From an uncultured bacterium (GTDB lineage Bacteria > Acidobacteriota > Thermoanaerobaculia > Multivoradales > JAHZIX01): DNA of 32,032 bases. The DNA lies in NCBI GenBank assembly GCA_965368975.1, contig CBDUPA010000035.1:1-32032 (forward strand). The letters run 5' to 3'. Each line of letters opens with the position of its first letter. Positions within the stretch are counted from its first letter, which is position 1. Below the pieces are notes generated by a model. That model worked only from the letters and a program-made list of their open reading frames with translations. It searched no databases and was not told the DNA's origin. Shown here piece after piece: positions 27,417 through 32,032 of this stretch. A program made the translations under genes and the position numbers.

Positions 27417-29984
27417 TCAGGCGAAAATATCTGCTGCCTCGAACTCATCAGTAAGGGCTTTGATCTTTTCCGGTTTGCCAAGTTCCTCCCAAATGCTACG
27501 AGCAGCCCGAAGGAACATCCGGCGCTCCGCATCGCTTTCGGCGATACGGGCTAGGTGCGGGTAAGTCTTGGCCATGGATTCGCGGTCGTCCAAGCTGAAG
27601 TAGAGACTCAGAGCCCTGTGGAAGTGCTCTTGAGCTCGTGAGATTCTGCCTTGGGCTTTGCGAACTTCGCCGAGCCGGATCAGGCAGTGGGCCTGACCGA
27701 TGATCGATCCGATGTCAGTATAGGCTTTTAATCCTTGCTGGAAACTCTTTCTGGCGTTCTCCTGGTCGTTTTGGCGCATGAAGACATCGCCAAGCTGCTG
27801 TAAGCAACGCGCCTGGCCGGTGAGGTCGCCGACCTTTCCGAAGAGTCTGCGGGCGTCCCCGAGGTGGTAAATGGTGTCTTCCAAGTTGTCAGTATCGAGC
27901 GCCGTGATGCCGAGGCCGAGCAGGCAGTTGGCTTGTCCAAGGCTCTGGTCGAGTTGTTGGAAGAGCATTCGCGCCTGCTGATAGCACTGGATTGCTGGCT
28001 CTGACTCGGCCGCGTGTCGATGAAGGTGGCCGAGCCTGAGCAAGCACTCCGCTTTGCCGTCCAGCGTGCCGAATTGTTCGAAGAGGACACTGGCCTGCTT
28101 GTAGTGCTCCCGGGCTCCCTGCGGATCGGCGGTGGTGAGCAGCAGGTCTCCAAGGCTGAGCAGGCACCGGCCGTTGCCGGGGATAGGGCCGATCTGCTCG
28201 AAGAGATTCTTCGAGGTTTCGTAGAACTCCCGGGCCTTGGCGAATTGAGACTTGCGTTGTTGGATGTCTCCCAGGCGGTGGAAGCAGTTGGCTTGTTCCA
28301 GGAGATTCTTGTCTTCGTTGTAAAGCTGGATCGCCCGTTCGTAACACTGCTCGGCTCGATCCTGGTCGGACTTTGCAATCAGTAGATCTCCCAGACCCTT
28401 CAAGCAGTCTGCCTGCCCCTTGGTATTTTGCAATCTAATGAAATATGTCAGCGCCTTCTCGTAGTGGTTCTGGGAGGTAGTGTGTCTGGATTCCAAGAGG
28501 AGGCACTGCCCGAGTCCTTGCAGGCAGGTTGCCTGGCCGCGAATATCGGCGCTTTTACTGAAGGCAATCAATCCTCGCCGGAAGTAGTTCTCGGGGTTCG
28601 TGTATTCAGGACGCAACTGGGCGATCTTGCCGAGTTGCTCGTTGAGGCGACCCTGCAGATGAATGTCCTTTTGTTTCTTGGCGATTTTCAGGGCTTGTTC
28701 AAGAGGGCGTAGAGTTCCAAGGTGAGAGAAGCGTAGGAACTCTCCCCACTGCAAGCTGATTTCGAAGGCGACATCTTGCCCTTCCTTCAGCCTTCGAGCG
28801 AGACAGCGCTCGATGTTGCTAACCTCCAATGCCAGGCGAGCCATGGCTTCGCGACCGCCGAAGCGGCCGATGTTAGGTACAAGCCGTTGTACCAGTTTCA
28901 AATAGTGCGCATCCAGGCGGGTGAGTTGAGCACCTTCGGGTTGGCAACGGCGTAGGGCGGACTCTCGGATGGGGGCGAGCATGCGGACGCGCTTGATCTC
29001 CGGCTCGGCAAAAGCGAGCCCGAGCTTGAGCAGGACGTCACGCGCTGCCAGGCCGTTCTCCGGCATGACTTGTTGCAGGTCGACGACAGCGAGGCCGTCG
29101 GGAAGTTGGCTTAGGAGGCTGAGAAGCTTCTTGGCTTCCGCTGTCATGCGAGCACTGCCCAAGGACAGCTCGAAGCTGACATCCAGGCTCTTGCGTTTGC
29201 CTTTGCCATCGCCGCGTTTGAGGACTTCGGTGCGCTTGGTCTTCCATTCCTGCCAAAGACCGCCGAGGTCCGGGGAGCCTTCGGCACGGCGGGCCAACAA
29301 CTCGATGGCGAGGGGCAGGCCGTCGCAGACGCCGAGAATGGTCTGTAGCTGGTTGTCTTCTGCGAGATCGGGGCCAGCGATGCGCAGGAACAGTTCGCGG
29401 CTGCTCGGTGGTTCCAGGCGCGAGAGGAGGATCGAAGGCTTGCGCCAGGCAAGGCCGGGGATGGTTCTGCGGCCACGCAGAGAGGCGATCAAGGCGACGC
29501 CGGGGCACTTGGCCAGCCGGGCAACGACCTGTTCGATCTGTTCTTGCTCGTCGTCCTGTTCAAGTAGGGTCTCGGCGTTGTCCAGGGCGACGACAGCCGG
29601 GACTGCCTGAAGGTGGTCCAGGATCGCTGGCAACAGCGCGTTGCCTTCGATTCCCAGTGTGCGGGCCAACTCGCTCAGCAAAGCCTCGGCGGTGGTGGCG
29701 ACGTCGCACCGGACGAAGAAGAGACGCTTGTCGTAGCGTTGGACGACGCGCTCGTCGTAGAGCGCGGACAAAGTGAGGTGACTCTTGCCGACACCGAGAT
29801 CGCCGAGGATCGCAAGAGGCTCAGGATTCTTTAGCAGCAGAGCACCGACGAGATCTTCTAGCTGATCATCGCGGCCGACACAGTGCGCCGGAGGAGGTGG
29901 TAGTAGTTCTCGGCGTTCGTTGGAGCTGAGCGTCTCAGTTGTAGAGATTGTCTCGAACATCGCCTCGGAATCTTTCTCAGGCAT
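27417..29984 (-). CDS. STAND NTPase (NB-ARC-like) + TPR protein with no N-terminal effector domain
   Basis: CVGRD, Walker A GDLGVGKS, Walker B VVALDNAE, ASLRG, CDGLPLAIEL, SFELS; about 9 TPR units of ~40 aa; RBS GAGGAAG. Confidence 0.9.
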   Translation of the reverse strand: MPEKDSEAMFETISTTETLSSNERRELLPPPPAHCVGRDDQLEDLVGALLLKNPEPLAILGDLGVGKSHLTLSALYDERVVQRYDKRLFFVRCDVATTAEALLSELARTLGIEGNALLPAILDHLQAVPAVVALDNAETLLEQDDEQEQIEQVVARLAKCPGVALIASLRGRRTIPGLAWRKPSILLSRLEPPSSRELFLRIAGPDLAEDNQLQTILGVCDGLPLAIELLARRAEGSPDLGGLWQEWKTKRTEVLKRGDGKGKRKSLDVSFELSLGSARMTAEAKKLLSLLSQLPDGLAVVDLQQVMPENGLAARDVLLKLGLAFAEPEIKRVRMLAPIRESALRRCQPEGAQLTRLDAHYLKLVQRLVPNIGRFGGREAMARLALEVSNIERCLARRLKEGQDVAFEISLQWGEFLRFSHLGTLRPLEQALKIAKKQKDIHLQGRLNEQLGKIAQLRPEYTNPENYFRRGLIAFSKSADIRGQATCLQGLGQCLLLESRHTTSQNHYEKALTYFIRLQNTKGQADCLKGLGDLLIAKSDQDRAEQCYERAIQLYNEDKNLLEQANCFHRLGDIQQRKSQFAKAREFYETSKNLFEQIGPIPGNGRCLLSLGDLLLTTADPQGAREHYKQASVLFEQFGTLDGKAECLLRLGHLHRHAAESEPAIQCYQQARMLFQQLDQSLGQANCLLGLGITALDTDNLEDTIYHLGDARRLFGKVGDLTGQARCLQQLGDVFMRQNDQENARKSFQQGLKAYTDIGSIIGQAHCLIRLGEVRKAQGRISRAQEHFHRALSLYFSLDDRESMAKTYPHLARIAESDAERRMFLRAARSIWEELGKPEKIKALTDEFEAADIFA

Positions 29985-30080
29985 AATTCTTCCTCAAAAG
30001 ACTTCGGGTGGAATAAAGTGATCGAAAGCATACTATGCAGAGAAAGCAGTGAAAAATTATTAATATAAGATATTCTGAGG
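29985..30080 (-). promoter_or_regulatory. AT-rich upstream region of the STAND gene
   Basis: Most AT-rich stretch of the window; minus-strand TTTTCA-17nt-TATGCT with an A/T tract upstream. Confidence 0.4.
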
Positions 30081-30124
30081 CGTAGATGTGCGTGTGAGGT
30101 TCTGCTCTTTGCGATTGTCCGACC

Positions 30125-30700
30125 TCAATTCGTCAGGTACGCCCACACATTGACCGCCGCCGCCCGCCCCGTGGTGTTGTAGAGCAGCACGCGGTACTGC
30201 GGAAACCCAATCCGCAGGTTGGTTTCGCTGCCGCTGGCGTAAGAGCCTTCGCTCATTGCCGCGGGTGCCTTGGCTTCCAGGGATAGGTGGATCTCGCCGT
30301 CGAACTGGAAGGAGCGGACGATCGAGTCCTCTTCGGGCAGCAATACGACGCCGATCTCGCCGTCGGTGAAGACGTTGTCTTTGATCTGGGCGTGGACGCT
30401 CAGCGTCATGCCGGTGAAGCCGTCCGTGTCGAGCGTGCCGATCTCGGTGAACTGGGTTGTCTCGTGACGTTGAGCGGGAGAGATGGTGAGGTCGGGGAAG
30501 CGCTCGAACTTGCTGTGGTGGACGGTGCCGTTGATGCCGACACGACCTCGGACCGGGTGCGGGTTCTCCAAGTTGGTGACGTACACCGACCGCTGCTCGG
30601 GATCCCGGAAGCGGTCTTGGGCGAGTAGCACGCCGACGGCGAGGGTTGCGATCAAGAGGGCCGCGAGGGCTGGTAGCGAACGCGGAAAGATGGGTTTCAT
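30125..30700 (-). CDS. secreted hypothetical protein
   Basis: RBS AAGGAGG, signal peptide ending LLA-Q, beta-strand-rich body, GC3-rich codons. Confidence 0.8.
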   Translation of the reverse strand: MKPIFPRSLPALAALLIATLAVGVLLAQDRFRDPEQRSVYVTNLENPHPVRGRVGINGTVHHSKFERFPDLTISPAQRHETTQFTEIGTLDTDGFTGMTLSVHAQIKDNVFTDGEIGVVLLPEEDSIVRSFQFDGEIHLSLEAKAPAAMSEGSYASGSETNLRIGFPQYRVLLYNTTGRAAAVNVWAYLTN

Positions 30701-30840
30701 GGCTTACCTCCTTGCTGGAATTCTACGGGCGAGGAGGGGCTGGTGTCGCCTCGGCCGTCTCAAGGTTCGAGGGCGCCGCGGAATTCCGGTTTCTCAGACG
30801 GCGGTTACCGTGTCCAAGCCCATACAGAAGGAGGACGGTC

Positions 30841-32032
30841 ATGACACGACACTTGCTTGTCTTCGCCTCGAGCTTGCTACTGGCCACCGCAGTCGCCGCC
30901 CAAGAGGTGCGCTTGCCGCTGGCGGACTACCAGGCTCTCTACCAGCAAGCCAACCCGGAACCGGAACCCGAACCCGAGCCGCCGGTGCCGCTGGCCTTCG
31001 AACGCGCGGAGCTGGAGGTCGAGGTGGGGAAGACCAGCGCCCGGGTGGTGCAACACTGGACGCTGGTGCTCTACGGCGACGACTGGCGGACGCTGGAGTT
31101 GCCGGACGAGGCGACGATCACGCGGGTGGACTTTGGAGGGCTGGACGGCTTGTTGAAGACACCGGACGATGGCGGCTGGCCGGAGCTGCGCTTGCGCGGT
31201 GCCGGACGCCATCGCGTGACGGTGGAGTCGGCGGTGCCGGTCGAAGAAGACCTCGAGGCGACGCGTGGAACCTGGACGCTGGAGGTCCAGCTGCCGGCGG
31301 CGGCGGTAATCGATGGCGTCCTGCGGGTGGCACGGACGGATTCCGGCGCGCCGAGTCTGGGCGTGACCGAGGTCGTGGTCGACGGACCGGCGGGCGCCGG
31401 CGGCGATGGCATCGTGGTGCCGCTGGCGGGGCAGGATGCCTGGAGTTTCACCGGTGGTCCCGGCACCACGCTGGCGTTGAGCCTGCTGGGCGCGCCGGTA
31501 ACGCCCGTGCGCGACGGCCTACCGCTGCGCTTCGAGGTGCTGAGCACCCATTCGATGCGCGTGCTGCGGACGCGCACGGAGCTGACCGCGTGGATCGAGG
31601 CGCAGGTGAGCCAGGGGCAACTGGAGCAGCTGCGCATACCGCTGGCACCGCTCCTCGAGCAGGGGTTCGAGTTGGTGGACGTGAAGAATGCGCGAATCGC
31701 GGATTACCGGCTGGTCGACGAGGTGCTCGAGGTCGACGCGATCCAGCCGGCAACGGCGGGCGACAGCTTCCGGGTGACGTTACATTTCACGGGCGGGCCT
31801 CTGGAGACAGTGTCGCCGGCACGCCTGGCGGTCGACGGGGCGGCGCGGGTGCTGGCGCTGAGCAAGGTCGACCTGGAAGGTGACGGTTTGCTCGAACTGG
31901 TCGACGCCGGTGGCGCACGGCTGCCGGACGAGCGGGAGTTGCAGCAGCTGTCGCCGGCCTTCGAGCAAGCGAAGGGCGAGGCGCTGGTACTGCCGGACTC
32001 GAAGCCGTCACCGAACAAGACCACGTCGGGAA
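30841..32032 (+). CDS. secreted hypothetical protein, partial (runs off window); not in the ORF track
   Basis: RBS AAGGAGG, ATG 30841, 397 stop-free codons: MTRHLLVFASSLLLATAVAA-QEVRLPLADYQALYQQANPEPEPEPEPPVP... Confidence 0.88.
   Translation, partial: MTRHLLVFASSLLLATAVAAQEVRLPLADYQALYQQANPEPEPEPEPPVPLAFERAELEVEVGKTSARVVQHWTLVLYGDDWRTLELPDEATITRVDFGGLDGLLKTPDDGGWPELRLRGAGRHRVTVESAVPVEEDLEATRGTWTLEVQLPAAAVIDGVLRVARTDSGAPSLGVTEVVVDGPAGAGGDGIVVPLAGQDAWSFTGGPGTTLALSLLGAPVTPVRDGLPLRFEVLSTHSMRVLRTRTELTAWIEAQVSQGQLEQLRIPLAPLLEQGFELVDVKNARIADYRLVDEVLEVDAIQPATAGDSFRVTLHFTGGPLETVSPARLAVDGAARVLALSKVDLEGDGLLELVDAGGARLPDERELQQLSPAFEQAKGEALVLPDSKPSPNKTTSG

Noticed and set aside
25097-30126. CGACCTC at both edges of the AT-rich patch as att sites or target duplication
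   Set aside because: Only 7 bp, common in GC-rich DNA, no recombinase present
30483-31883. 466-aa plus-strand ORF in the track
   Set aside because: Arg/Gly/Ala-rich off-frame reading; the frame starting at ATG 30841 has the RBS, signal peptide and proper codon bias

Overview
GC-rich bacterial chromosomal window. It is probably Acidobacteriota (Thermoanaerobaculia-like), inferred from the C-terminal domain of 16121..17173 and not from a marker gene. Order: edge 33-bp tandem repeat; a compact promoter-two-hairpin-U-tract unit that looks like a ~60-nt sRNA; a secreted chalcone-isomerase-fold protein divergent from a SigW-like ECF sigma / anti-sigma / beta-helix membrane protein / NamZ / MobB-like / class-V aminotransferase / serA / TAXI run; a membrane-fused spermidine-synthase-like SAM protein; leuS; a secreted protein; small membrane protein; cupin; a PsrA-like TetR with operator boxes heading an OMF-MFP-RND efflux operon. 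Next comes a visibly more AT-rich ~5-kb accessory patch (25.1-30.1 kb) with a lone HsdR-N nuclease, a truncated SIR2-like gene, three toxin-less antitoxin genes or remnants (one frameshifted and absent from the ORF track) and an effector-less STAND NTPase-TPR (NLR-like) gene. Two divergent secreted hypothetical genes close the window, the last running off the edge. No rRNA, tRNA, CRISPR, integrase or transposase was seen. All family assignments are from motif recognition by eye, with no database search.
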